This document shows, piece after piece, positions 32,393 to 41,895 of a DNA stretch of 64,000 nt (position 1 is the stretch's first letter; every line of letters begins with the position of its first letter). The stretch lies in assembly GCA_050177605.1 (NCBI GenBank), contig JBFXGX010000005.1:1-64000 (forward strand), given 5' to 3'. The notes below the pieces were generated by a model. The model did no database searches, was not told the DNA's origin, and worked only from the letters and a program-made list of their open reading frames with translations. The DNA is from Candidatus Izemoplasmatales bacterium (GTDB lineage Bacteria; Bacillota_I; Bacilli_A; Izemoplasmatales; Hujiaoplasmataceae). The translations under genes and the position numbers were made by a program.

Positions 32393-32478
32393 TCTCAAAC
32401 CTTCTTTCTTAAAGAATTATTCTTTGATATTTCTATTATACAAAAAGAACTATTGAATATAAAGTGTTTATCAAAAAA

Positions 32479-32934
32479 TTAACTCATTTTAATATCTGTT
32501 TTTTTAAATACAAAATCAAGTGCAAAATAAGCAATTGGAATTAATAATGCTGAAGCCATAAATGGCGCAACTGCAGATAAATAAGGATGTAAATCATAAT
32601 TTGCATGAAGCAAACTCACCATCATGTAATTAAACAGAAGCGCTAAACCGTTACTGGTCATCAAGCGAACGAAATAAACCGCCATGATAACTGAAAACTG
32701 TGTTGCATTTCTGTTTTTTGGCTTGAACGTGATAATTGCATTCATAAAGTAAGAAAATACTGAAGCAACGATAAACGCAACCGTGTTAGACCAAAAAACA
32801 CCCGCATGAATTACATGAAAAAATAGTTGATATACCGCTAAATCGATAACTGTATTTAATACACCAATAATACCAAAAGTAAGAAATTTCTTGGTCAAAA
32901 AATTCTTAACAACAAATTGCCACAACTTACGCAA
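32479..32934 (-). CDS. GtrA family lipid-sugar flippase
   Basis: FGIIGVLNTVID, SYFMN...TF, 4 TM helices; probable TTG start after GGAGGA. Confidence 0.85.
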   Translation of the reverse strand: MRKLWQFVVKNFLTKKFLTFGIIGVLNTVIDLAVYQLFFHVIHAGVFWSNTVAFIVASVFSYFMNAIITFKPKNRNATQFSVIMAVYFVRLMTSNGLALLFNYMMVSLLHANYDLHPYLSAVAPFMASALLIPIAYFALDFVFKKTDIKMS

Positions 32935-33853
32935 GAGTAGAGTCCTCCGATGATTCTTCAATTAAGTAAATAGGTCGGTTGAGTAGTTGTCTTCTCATTT
33001 GATATAGCAAATAAAATATAGCGTATGTAGAAATGCCTAACACAAACACGACCACGAATAAATATAGCCCCAAGATAAATTCTGATAGTGACAAAACACT
33101 AAAAGCGAACAATAATGCATCGCTGACTAATAAAAGCACACTGGTGAGTAACACTAAGATAGGTACAATCATCAATATCGTAGAAAATTGATTCATACCA
33201 TTAAAAGCATATCTTAATAGAGATTTAAAACTCCATGAACTTTTACCATTTAGTCTTGGAATAAAATCATATTCCAAACATTTTCTTTTATAGCCGACCC
33301 ATGAGAATATCCCTTTTACAAAGCGGTAATTATCGTTTAATTTCAAGAATGCTTCCACAACGACTTTATCGAGCAATTGATAATCTTTTGCGCCATTATC
33401 GAGTGGCATATCTGAATGAGCATTATAAATTCTATAAAACCAATTTGCAAAAAAAGTTCTTAACTTTGGTTCCCCTTTTCTGGTTTTTCCTTTGGTGTAA
33501 ACAATTTTGTATCCCTCTTCATAATAGGATAACATTTCAGGAATCAATGATGGTGGTTGTTGGAGATCGCAATCAATCATAATAACGGCATCACTATCTT
33601 TTGATTCCATTAACCCCGCATGCATCGCACTTTCTTTTCCAAAATTACGAGAAAAACTAATATATCGGACTTTTTTATCGAGTTCATGTAGTTTTTTCAT
33701 TTCACCAAGGGTATCATCCTTCGATCCGTCATTTACATACAAAAGTTCAAACTCATAATTAGGATGATTGATATATTTTGAAACTTCATCATAAAAAGGT
33801 CGAACATTTTTCTCTTCATTAAAGGACGGAATGATGATCGTTATTTTCTTCAT
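32927..33853 (-). CDS. GT2 polyprenol-phosphate glycosyltransferase (GtrB/CsbB/YkoT-like)
   Basis: IPSFNEE, VNDGSKD, FSRNFGKESA, IDCDLQQPP, two C-terminal TM helices, RPIY. Confidence 0.92.
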   Translation of the reverse strand: MKKITIIIPSFNEEKNVRPFYDEVSKYINHPNYEFELLYVNDGSKDDTLGEMKKLHELDKKVRYISFSRNFGKESAMHAGLMESKDSDAVIMIDCDLQQPPSLIPEMLSYYEEGYKIVYTKGKTRKGEPKLRTFFANWFYRIYNAHSDMPLDNGAKDYQLLDKVVVEAFLKLNDNYRFVKGIFSWVGYKRKCLEYDFIPRLNGKSSWSFKSLLRYAFNGMNQFSTILMIVPILVLLTSVLLLVSDALLFAFSVLSLSEFILGLYLFVVVFVLGISTYAIFYLLYQMRRQLLNRPIYLIEESSEDSTLA

Positions 33854-36800
33854 TTAAACTCAACTCCAACTCTTTCTTTTTCTTATTTTTTTTGATTACA
33901 AAACTAGGAACAAAAATAGCTAAATAAACCAAACTACCCGCAAGAGTACCATAGATTCCATAGGTTAATCCTTTTGGATGGAAAACAAATGTAACATCAA
34001 TTGATGTTTCGCCATAAGGAATAATAATTCCTAAAAATCCACCACTTGCTGAGACTGTTTCATATTTTGTTTCAGAAGTAATCGTCCATTCTTCCGAATA
34101 AGCAACTGGTATAACAACGATTTGATCTAGCGTGCTTTCACTTATTCTATCATAATGCAAGGTGATTTTTCCACCTTCAATTGTTAAAGATTGATTATCC
34201 GCAAGATTAGAAACCGCATTTTCCTCATAAAAACTTAAATCATCATAAGCATACTTCAGACTGAATAAGAACAAATCTGATTGTTCGTACATTTTCGATG
34301 TTTTATAGATATACATCTTACTTGGTGTCTCATTGAAATAATAATACCCATTAAAACATTCTGTTTCATTGCCAAAGCTATCTTCTACAAAAACACGATC
34401 GAAATCAATGGATGAAGATAAACTAAAATATAACATACCTTCTGTGCTTGTGTAATTAATTCCACTTAAGTCATAAACCAAATATGCAGCACCATCAATT
34501 GCGCGCTCCATGCGGTACTCTAATACTTTATTGGAATTAAATAAAGTTGTTTGTTCGAAATAGATTGCGGTAGGTTCGTTCCAAAACTCACACTTTACTT
34601 GATGAGAAGTTCCGCTGGATATGGTACAACTAGATCTACTTCCATCCTCAAACTCCATAAATACTTCACCATAAGCATCAACAGTTAAATAGTGTGACTT
34701 TAGATAAATCGCACCCGTACTAAATCCAATACGAATATCATCGTTAGAATATTTGAAAAATGTTCTTACAGAAGAATCTACAACACCGGTTGTCGTTACA
34801 GCTTCTGCGTCACTTATGGTTTGATAGGACGTAATGCTTCTTAAATTAACTTCATTGGACACAGAATCATGCGTTAAGTTAATGTCGGAAAAGTCAAATC
34901 TTTCATCCTCGAAATCTAATAGAACATCAACCAACAATAACTTTTGTCCAGCTATTTTGGTATTAATCGTTGCGAATGTCTTATATTCACTGTAATTTAA
35001 ATAAGACTCATATACACTAAATGGTTCTGCTTTGACGATTTCATATAATTGAAACTGTTCATTTTCGTCAATCAAAGTATAAAAACTATCTGGAAGATAA
35101 TAATTATAGTCATGGTTCACAAGGATATATTTATAACCAAGGAATTGATTTAAATAAATCGCCTGAATTTCAAGTTTCGATTTTGATTGATATTCACTTG
35201 ATCCAAATAACAAGTAACTAATCATATTTGTTTCACTATCTGTCCACGAGTGGAAGATTTGAGTATTTGTTGGAAAAGTTGTCATTCGATTGAAATTCAA
35301 ATCTTCCACATCAAATCGACTTAAATCCACATATACGCGATAAAACTCATCATGATCTAAAACTTCATTTAAATATTCATTAATCGAGTGCATTTCATCA
35401 AATGTATCAATTTTATTTCGAATCGCAAATGGACCAGAATAAATGTAAACAATCGCGACTATAAACTCAATCCAAAAAATAGTTTTAATTACTTTGTGTT
35501 TTTTTAACCATCCAAACACTAAAATCAAAATCAAAATAAGACCAGCAACTCCCATCAGGACGGTATCTGCGGTCATTACATCGCGAGAGATATAACTTGT
35601 ATTGGCCTCAAAAGTTGCGGATAGACTACTTCGAATAATCTCCCAATAATCTGGGCTAAGATAATCTGCGGTTGATGTTAGTCTTGTAATATAATAATGC
35701 ATCACAAATCCGTCAAGCATTAACAAAATAACAATCGGAATGGTTAAAAACTTCATTTTCACTTTTTCGAAACCATATTCATTAAATACGTGAGCTAAGA
35801 TCATTGCCTCAACAAGCGGGAAGGTATTAATCCATCTTGTATATGGTGAATCGGTCGTTCCTGAGAAGACAAAAGAGAAAATAGGTAGAATAATGAGAAC
35901 TAAACTGAAAGGAATCAAGAACTTGTATACTCTAGCGACTCTTCCCTTCATAAACCAAATATAATTCATGTAAACAAATCCAACCACAGTAATAAAAAGC
36001 GAAATATGTTCTTGCCCGTAATTGTTTTCAAAGCCATAAAATCCAATTGGTTTTTGCTCGGTAAATATTTTGGCGATTACTCGCAAATAGATGGTTGGTT
36101 GGAATAACTTAAGTTCATACCCGTGAATCGTCACTAACCAATAATCAAAATATCCTTCTGGTCGATATGTATCTTCGATAATAAACAGAATGGATGGATA
36201 TAAAATAACAAGTGCCATTAAAACGCCAAGTAACAAAAGAAGTAAGAAAATCAGTCCATCTAGCACAAACTTAAAGAACTTAAAATTGGGTTCCTTAAAG
36301 TATTCCACAATGAACATAATACTGACAAATGCAAGCGCCATGTACCCTAAATAAAAGTCATAAAATACAAGTGCCATCGCAAAAAGTGGGACAATCCACC
36401 TTTTTTTATGGAAAAAGAAATGAACAACGACTAACCCTAAAGGAAGATAAAACGCTAAGGATAAAAACACAGGGAACGCCATAAAACTGACAGAGCCTCC
36501 ACTGATGAAATAAACAATCCCCATCCAAAAAATCGTTCTGTTTTTCATTCCTTTTAGGTTGAGATAATAAGCGAAAATCATCACACCGGCAAATATTTTT
36601 ATGAGTTCTGTAGCGGAATATGCAATTTCAACTGGCATAATGTACGATAAAACAAAAGTAATGAATGTAAACACATCAAGAGGAACGTAATAAATGTCGG
36701 AAAAGAACGATGCACCTAAGTAATTATTTAAATTAAACCACGATAAAGATCCATCTTTTACAGAAGTGATAAAATCATTGATAATTGCATAATATTGGAT

Positions 36801-37001
36801 AACATCATCAGAAAAGTTATTGTAAAAACTATTATTGATTAGCATAATTGCTGCATCAATTGTGAAAAGGACTAAGAAGACAAAAACCGCTAAAAAAAGA
36901 AATGTTTTCTTTCGACTACTAAAAACATCCTCTATAAACAGCTGGAATTTAGTTTGAATGTGTTTTATTCCTTCTTTTAGCTTCAATATCTTAGTTTTCA
37001 T
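33819..37001 (-). CDS. YfhO family GT-C-type polytopic membrane protein
   Basis: DD..QY, LGASF, many TM helices, large soluble loop, C-terminal IPVAYSEEW...GFLGI..P.G...V...F.PKG..G; start ATG after GAGG. Confidence 0.85.
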   Translation of the reverse strand: MKTKILKLKEGIKHIQTKFQLFIEDVFSSRKKTFLFLAVFVFLVLFTIDAAIMLINNSFYNNFSDDVIQYYAIINDFITSVKDGSLSWFNLNNYLGASFFSDIYYVPLDVFTFITFVLSYIMPVEIAYSATELIKIFAGVMIFAYYLNLKGMKNRTIFWMGIVYFISGGSVSFMAFPVFLSLAFYLPLGLVVVHFFFHKKRWIVPLFAMALVFYDFYLGYMALAFVSIMFIVEYFKEPNFKFFKFVLDGLIFLLLLLLGVLMALVILYPSILFIIEDTYRPEGYFDYWLVTIHGYELKLFQPTIYLRVIAKIFTEQKPIGFYGFENNYGQEHISLFITVVGFVYMNYIWFMKGRVARVYKFLIPFSLVLIILPIFSFVFSGTTDSPYTRWINTFPLVEAMILAHVFNEYGFEKVKMKFLTIPIVILLMLDGFVMHYYITRLTSTADYLSPDYWEIIRSSLSATFEANTSYISRDVMTADTVLMGVAGLILILILVFGWLKKHKVIKTIFWIEFIVAIVYIYSGPFAIRNKIDTFDEMHSINEYLNEVLDHDEFYRVYVDLSRFDVEDLNFNRMTTFPTNTQIFHSWTDSETNMISYLLFGSSEYQSKSKLEIQAIYLNQFLGYKYILVNHDYNYYLPDSFYTLIDENEQFQLYEIVKAEPFSVYESYLNYSEYKTFATINTKIAGQKLLLVDVLLDFEDERFDFSDINLTHDSVSNEVNLRSITSYQTISDAEAVTTTGVVDSSVRTFFKYSNDDIRIGFSTGAIYLKSHYLTVDAYGEVFMEFEDGSRSSCTISSGTSHQVKCEFWNEPTAIYFEQTTLFNSNKVLEYRMERAIDGAAYLVYDLSGINYTSTEGMLYFSLSSSIDFDRVFVEDSFGNETECFNGYYYFNETPSKMYIYKTSKMYEQSDLFLFSLKYAYDDLSFYEENAVSNLADNQSLTIEGGKITLHYDRISESTLDQIVVIPVAYSEEWTITSETKYETVSASGGFLGIIIPYGETSIDVTFVFHPKGLTYGIYGTLAGSLVYLAIFVPSFVIKKNKKKKELELSLNEENNDHHSVL

Positions 37002-37157
37002 ATACAACCTCATTAAAATATAATGGCTGTTTTATTATAACATAAAACAAGGTACGAAGAGTCGATGATTTTTTAAAAGCCGCAATTTAATAAATGAATG
37101 ATAACTAATCGCTATATAGACTAAATATCTAAAGCCAGATAACAAAATAATCGATTA

Positions 37158-37232
37158 TTCCCTTACGGTAATTTTTTAATATTATTTAATTGAAAACGCC
37201 TGAATAGGTAGTATAATATTACCGAGAGGTAA
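37158..37232 (+). promoter_or_regulatory. hipBA promoter with two palindromic operators
   Basis: TTGAAA (37190-37195), 16 nt, TATAAT (37212-37217); TTCCC-TTAC-GGTAA (37158-37171) and perfect-arm TTACC-GAGA-GGTAA (37219-37232) overlapping the RBS. Confidence 0.7.
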
Positions 37233-37236
37233 AAAA

Positions 37237-37440
37237 ATGAACGCAAAAGAATTTGGAAAGATAATTCAAGATAAAAGAAAACAAATTGGCATAACACAAA
37301 AGTATTTAGCGGCTATTTCAAATACAGGAATCCGATTTATAAGCGATTTGGAAAACGGGAAGCCGACAGTACAACTTGATAAAGCTTTTATCGTGGCAAA
37401 AACATTAAACATTGAAATTAGAATGATTAGTCATGAATAG
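37237..37440 (+). CDS. hipB: HipB-like XRE HTH antitoxin (y4mF type)
   Basis: RKQIGITQKYLA...G.RFISDLENGKPTVQL; stop overlaps hipA start by 8 nt. Confidence 0.88.
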   Translation: MNAKEFGKIIQDKRKQIGITQKYLAAISNTGIRFISDLENGKPTVQLDKAFIVAKTLNIEIRMISHE

Positions 37441-39901
37441 AGTGCTGAAAGTCTATCTATATAACACATATATCGGTGATCTTATTGAAAAAAACGGTAA
37501 AAATCTCGATTTTTTGTATTTAGATACTGCAGAATACCCCATTTCTATTGCTATGCCAATTCAACGTGAGAAATATCATAACAATATTGTAAAACCATTT
37601 TTTGAGAACTTACTGCCTGAAGGAGATTTACTTAAGGCGATTGCGAGCACATACCGTGTTTCTGTAAACAATCCTTTTTCTTTACTTGAGATGATTGGCG
37701 AGGATTGTGCTGGGGCAATCAGTCTATCCAATGAACCTATAACAGAAAAATTATCCAAACACCTTTCAAAAAACGAATTCGTTCAATTATTAACAATTAA
37801 TTCAAGTAGTGAATTATATTACCGAAAGGAAATGCGCTTGTCTTTAGCTGGAGCTCAAAATAAGACAGCAATCATTATTAACGATAATGAATACTATATT
37901 CCTAACATTACTCATCCGTCGACACATATCATAAAATATGATAATAAATTCTACTCGGACATTCTACTAAATGAATATTTTGTGACTTCATTAGCAAAAA
38001 GCGTAAAGTTGCCTACATCAGAAATTGAATTAAAACGAGTTGATAAACTTGAGTATCTCCAAATCAAAAGATATGATAGATTATGTTATGGTACAACGGT
38101 TTCGAGGATCCATCAAGAAGATTTTTGCCAGATACTAAGCATCTTATCTTCTAATAAATACCAATCTGAAGGTGGCGTAGGGCTGAATAAGATTGTAAGT
38201 GTCATTCGTGAATATTCTAGCGTTTCCGCTAGTGATATAGTTTTACTTGCAAAAGTGGTGGTCTTTAATTTGCTTGTTGGCAACTGCGATTATCATGGGA
38301 AAAACCTATCGATGCTCCACCTTGATAATAACAAGTATCAATTATCTCCGTTTTATGACTTAGTTTCAACAGTTGTCTATCCAAATATGTCAAAGAAAAT
38401 TGCAATGTCTATCAATAAAAAATATTCTATCGATGAAATATCCAAAAATGACATTATCAAGGAATTTAATTCTTGGGGTATTAAGGGAGAACAAATTTTA
38501 TCACTGATCATGACTGATTTTAAACAAATTGCAAATCAGGCAAGACAATTATCAAAGCAACCTAGTTTTTTTTCTAATACCAATATCGTCGATAAAATAA
38601 TCGAATTTTTAGAACAACAATATCATAAATTTTCCCAAAAAAGAGAAGCAGGTGTAACTATGGAAAAAGCAATTTTAATCGGTCTAGATACCGGAACAGA
38701 CGTGAATTTTAAAGAATCAATCCTGGAATTAGAGAACTTAGCAGAAGCCTGCAATGTTGACGTTATCGGAAAAACATTTCAAAAAGCAGACTCGCCAACC
38801 GCGAATTATTATGTTGGTTCAGGAAAAGTACAAGAAATCAAAGAATTAATAGCAACCCTCGACGCTAATCTCGTCATTTTTAATGATGAGCTCAGTCCAT
38901 CTCATATCCGAAATTTAGAAAAAGCTCTCGATTGTAAAGTGATTGACCGCACAATTCTTATTTTAGATATATTCGCTCGTAGAGCAAAAACCAAAGAAGC
39001 CATGCTTCAAGTTGAACTTGCACAATCTGAGTACATGCTTCCTCGTGTCGTTGGAATGTATTCATCTCTTTCAAGACAAAAAAGTGGAACTGGATCAAAA
39101 GGACCTGGTGAACAACAATTAGAACTTGATCGTCGGTTGTTAAGGTCAAGAATAACGAAACTAAAACACGAACTCAAAGATATCGTAGAAATCAGACGAA
39201 CTCAACGAGAAAAAAGAAAAAAATCTGAAGTGAAGACGGTTGCTTTGACAGGATACACAAACTCAGGCAAATCAACTTTGATGAATTCTCTACTTAATTT
39301 TTCGGTCGTCAATCAAGAAAAATATGTGTTTGAAAAGAACATGTTATTCGCAACACTAGAAACACAAACAAGAAACATTACCCTTGAGAACAATCACCAA
39401 TTCTTAATAACAGATACCGTAGGGTTTATTTCAAAACTGCCTCATCATTTGGTAGAAGCATTTAAATCCACCCTAGAAGAAATCAAAGAAGCATCGCTCA
39501 TCTTACATGTTATCGACACTGCAAACCCTTATTATTTAGATCAGATATCTGTTGTCGAACAAGTTCTTCAAGATATAGGTGTAAAAGATGTACCTATCAT
39601 TTATGTTTTTAATAAAATAGACTTACTTACTGATATTCCTGTTATAGAGTACCATCCTTATGTTTTTGTAAGTGCGCTAGAAAAACAGCATTTAAACATT
39701 TTAATTGAAGAAATTGAAAAGATTCTTTATTCTTCAAATCATCGTGTAAAAATGTTATTGCCATTTACAAAAGGTGATATCTACAATCTATTAAAAGAAA
39801 ATGCAAATATTATTGAAACTAACTACACCGATGAAGGCATTCAAGTTGATGTTGAATTAAGTGATGTGTACTATCATAAATTTGAAGAATATATTGAATA
39901 A
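37433..39901 (+). CDS. hipA: HipA Ser/Thr kinase toxin fused in frame to GTPase HflX
   Basis: aa 1-409: PFFENLLPEG, IGEDCAGA, SLAGAQNK, HIIK, RYDR, HQEDFCQ, GNCDYHGKN, LSPFYD; no stop before the HflX Met410. Confidence 0.85.
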   Translation: MNRVLKVYLYNTYIGDLIEKNGKNLDFLYLDTAEYPISIAMPIQREKYHNNIVKPFFENLLPEGDLLKAIASTYRVSVNNPFSLLEMIGEDCAGAISLSNEPITEKLSKHLSKNEFVQLLTINSSSELYYRKEMRLSLAGAQNKTAIIINDNEYYIPNITHPSTHIIKYDNKFYSDILLNEYFVTSLAKSVKLPTSEIELKRVDKLEYLQIKRYDRLCYGTTVSRIHQEDFCQILSILSSNKYQSEGGVGLNKIVSVIREYSSVSASDIVLLAKVVVFNLLVGNCDYHGKNLSMLHLDNNKYQLSPFYDLVSTVVYPNMSKKIAMSINKKYSIDEISKNDIIKEFNSWGIKGEQILSLIMTDFKQIANQARQLSKQPSFFSNTNIVDKIIEFLEQQYHKFSQKREAGVTMEKAILIGLDTGTDVNFKESILELENLAEACNVDVIGKTFQKADSPTANYYVGSGKVQEIKELIATLDANLVIFNDELSPSHIRNLEKALDCKVIDRTILILDIFARRAKTKEAMLQVELAQSEYMLPRVVGMYSSLSRQKSGTGSKGPGEQQLELDRRLLRSRITKLKHELKDIVEIRRTQREKRKKSEVKTVALTGYTNSGKSTLMNSLLNFSVVNQEKYVFEKNMLFATLETQTRNITLENNHQFLITDTVGFISKLPHHLVEAFKSTLEEIKEASLILHVIDTANPYYLDQISVVEQVLQDIGVKDVPIIYVFNKIDLLTDIPVIEYHPYVFVSALEKQHLNILIEEIEKILYSSNHRVKMLLPFTKGDIYNLLKENANIIETNYTDEGIQVDVELSDVYYHKFEEYIE
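38660..39901 (+). CDS. hflX: Ribosome-splitting GTPase HflX (internal start within the fusion ORF)
   Basis: MEKAILIG start after GCAGGTG RBS; DRTILILDIFARRA, GPGE, GYTNSGKS, FATL, DTVGF, NKID, SAL. Confidence 0.93.
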   Translation: MEKAILIGLDTGTDVNFKESILELENLAEACNVDVIGKTFQKADSPTANYYVGSGKVQEIKELIATLDANLVIFNDELSPSHIRNLEKALDCKVIDRTILILDIFARRAKTKEAMLQVELAQSEYMLPRVVGMYSSLSRQKSGTGSKGPGEQQLELDRRLLRSRITKLKHELKDIVEIRRTQREKRKKSEVKTVALTGYTNSGKSTLMNSLLNFSVVNQEKYVFEKNMLFATLETQTRNITLENNHQFLITDTVGFISKLPHHLVEAFKSTLEEIKEASLILHVIDTANPYYLDQISVVEQVLQDIGVKDVPIIYVFNKIDLLTDIPVIEYHPYVFVSALEKQHLNILIEEIEKILYSSNHRVKMLLPFTKGDIYNLLKENANIIETNYTDEGIQVDVELSDVYYHKFEEYIE

Positions 39902-39929
39902 AAAAAGTTCACAAATTGTGAACTTTTTT
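39901..39929. terminator. Bidirectional terminator between hflX and dusB
   Basis: AAAAAAGTTCACA-AAT-TGTGAACTTTTTT perfect inverted repeat. Confidence 0.85.
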
Positions 39930-40905
39930 ATTCATTTAACGCATCAAAAAAATCATCAATAATCTTTATAACTTCCTCAACTGTTTTTGCGGAAGCTAAA
40001 GACGTTTTAGCAGAAGTCGCGTTTTTTAGCCCTTTTAGATACCAAGGTCCATGGCTTCTCATTTCTAAACAAGCAATCTTTTCACCTTTTAAATCGACAA
40101 GATAACTCAGATGTTTTAACATCAGTTCTTTCACTTCTAAAGGCGTAACCGAACTAATTTCCTCTTTCTTTTCTAAGAATAAAACGAGTTCCTTTATTAG
40201 CCAAGGATTCCCTAGCAACCCTCTACCAATCATCACTGCGTCACAACCAGTTTCTTCTAACATACGAAGTGCATCTTCTTTTGTTCGAATATCTCCATTC
40301 CCAATCACAGGAATTTTTACCGTTTCTTTAATTGCTTTGATAATTGACCAATCCGCTTGTCCTGAATACATTTGTGACCTAGTTCTTGGGTGAACAGCGA
40401 TGGCACTTACACCTGCTTTTTCCAATATCTTCGCAACTTCAATCGCATTAATTGAAGAATGGTCCCAACCAGACCGTATCTTAACTGTTACAGGTTTTTT
40501 TACAGCGTTTACTACCGCACTCACCAACCTGTAAATATGCTCAGGATTTTGAAGTAAAGCTGATCCCGCACCTGCCTTTACCACTTTTTGAACCGGACAC
40601 CCCATATTGATATCAATGATGTCTGCGCTTGTATATTGATCGATGTACTTCGCAGCTTCGACCATACTGTCAATATCACTTCCAAATAATTGAAGTGCTA
40701 TTGGGTGTTCGTCTTCACCGATTTCAAGCATATCTAATGTTTTATGATTATTATGACCTAGTCCCTTATCAGAAACCATTTCAGTATAGATTAGCCCTGT
40801 CCCAAAATCTTTCAATATTTGTCTGTAAGCAATATTTGTAACACCTGCCATTGGCGCCACAACAACTTGATTTTGGATGACTAAATCCTTGATTTTCCAT
40901 TCCAT
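39928..40905 (-). CDS. dusB: tRNA-dihydrouridine synthase B
   Basis: [43 protein letters not shown]. Confidence 0.95.
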   Translation of the reverse strand: MEWKIKDLVIQNQVVVAPMAGVTNIAYRQILKDFGTGLIYTEMVSDKGLGHNNHKTLDMLEIGEDEHPIALQLFGSDIDSMVEAAKYIDQYTSADIIDINMGCPVQKVVKAGAGSALLQNPEHIYRLVSAVVNAVKKPVTVKIRSGWDHSSINAIEVAKILEKAGVSAIAVHPRTRSQMYSGQADWSIIKAIKETVKIPVIGNGDIRTKEDALRMLEETGCDAVMIGRGLLGNPWLIKELVLFLEKKEEISSVTPLEVKELMLKHLSYLVDLKGEKIACLEMRSHGPWYLKGLKNATSAKTSLASAKTVEEVIKIIDDFFDALNE

Positions 40906-40982
40906 AGTATCAAAACCTTTCGCCTATTCATTATATCGTAAAATAAGCCAAAAAACAAAACAATATGAATTTGAAATGAATA

Positions 40983-40991
40983 TGATATAAT
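40983..40991 (+). promoter_or_regulatory. Extended -10 promoter for hslO
   Basis: TGATATAAT about 20 nt upstream of the start; GAGG RBS. Confidence 0.55.
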
Positions 40992-41012
40992 AGTCCACGA
41001 GGAAGTGAACAA

Positions 41013-41894
41013 ATGAAAGATTATTTAGTAAAAGCCTATGCTTTTGATGGAACAGTAAGAATATATAGTGCTTCAACAACGATGCTTGTGGAAGAAGCAA
41101 GAGTCATTCATGATACCTGGCCAGCCGCAACCGCCGCTCTAGGAAGAACATTAACAGCCAGCGTTATTATGGGCGCAATGTATAAGGAAGATCAAACGTT
41201 ATCGATTCGTATTGATGGCGGTGGTCCTATCGGGAAAATAATGACTACGACGAATGCACACGGAGAAGTCCGCGGTTTTGTATCCAATCCGCACGTGCAT
41301 ATGTCAACGAACGCAGGAAAATTGGCGGTCGGACATGTTGTTGGAAATAATGGATTTATCCACGTGACTAAAGATGTCAAAATAAGGGAAACATTCACCA
41401 GTTCGGCATCATTACAAACGGGAGAAATCGCGGAAGATTTCACCTATTATTTTGCAAAAAGTGAACAAATCCCTTCATCGGTTGGACTTGGTGTGTTAGT
41501 CGCTGATGATAATTCGGTTATCGCAAGTGGTGGTTTTATTCTTCAAATCATGCCTGGTTGTACTGAAGAAACCTTATCTTTGATTGAAGAAAACATAAAG
41601 TCCATGAAACCTGTTAGTGAATTGATTCATCTGGGATTAACTCCAGAAGAAGTTGTTCAAGAATTAACCAAAGGAAATCACGAGTTTGTTCAAAAAATGG
41701 ATTTACATTACGCTTGTGATTGCTCAAAAGAACGATTCGCAAGGGGATTAATTTCTTTAGGCGAGAAAGAACTTGAAGAAATGATACAAGCAGGCGAGAC
41801 GATTGAAACAACTTGTCATTTTTGTGGAAAAGAATATCACTTTGATATTGAAGAACTAAAAGAACTCAAACATATTACTGAAAAAGTAAGTTAG
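41013..41894 (+). CDS. hslO: Hsp33 redox-regulated chaperone
   Basis: ALGRTLT, SEQIPS, GGFILQ.MPG, C-terminal CDCS...CHFC Zn motif. Confidence 0.96.
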   Translation: MKDYLVKAYAFDGTVRIYSASTTMLVEEARVIHDTWPAATAALGRTLTASVIMGAMYKEDQTLSIRIDGGGPIGKIMTTTNAHGEVRGFVSNPHVHMSTNAGKLAVGHVVGNNGFIHVTKDVKIRETFTSSASLQTGEIAEDFTYYFAKSEQIPSSVGLGVLVADDNSVIASGGFILQIMPGCTEETLSLIEENIKSMKPVSELIHLGLTPEEVVQELTKGNHEFVQKMDLHYACDCSKERFARGLISLGEKELEEMIQAGETIETTCHFCGKEYHFDIEELKELKHITEKVS

Positions 41895-41895
41895 T

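Noticed and set aside
37014..38660. hipBA as part of a prophage, IS or ICE
   Set aside because: No transposase, integrase or terminal repeats; flanked directly by yfhO and hflX
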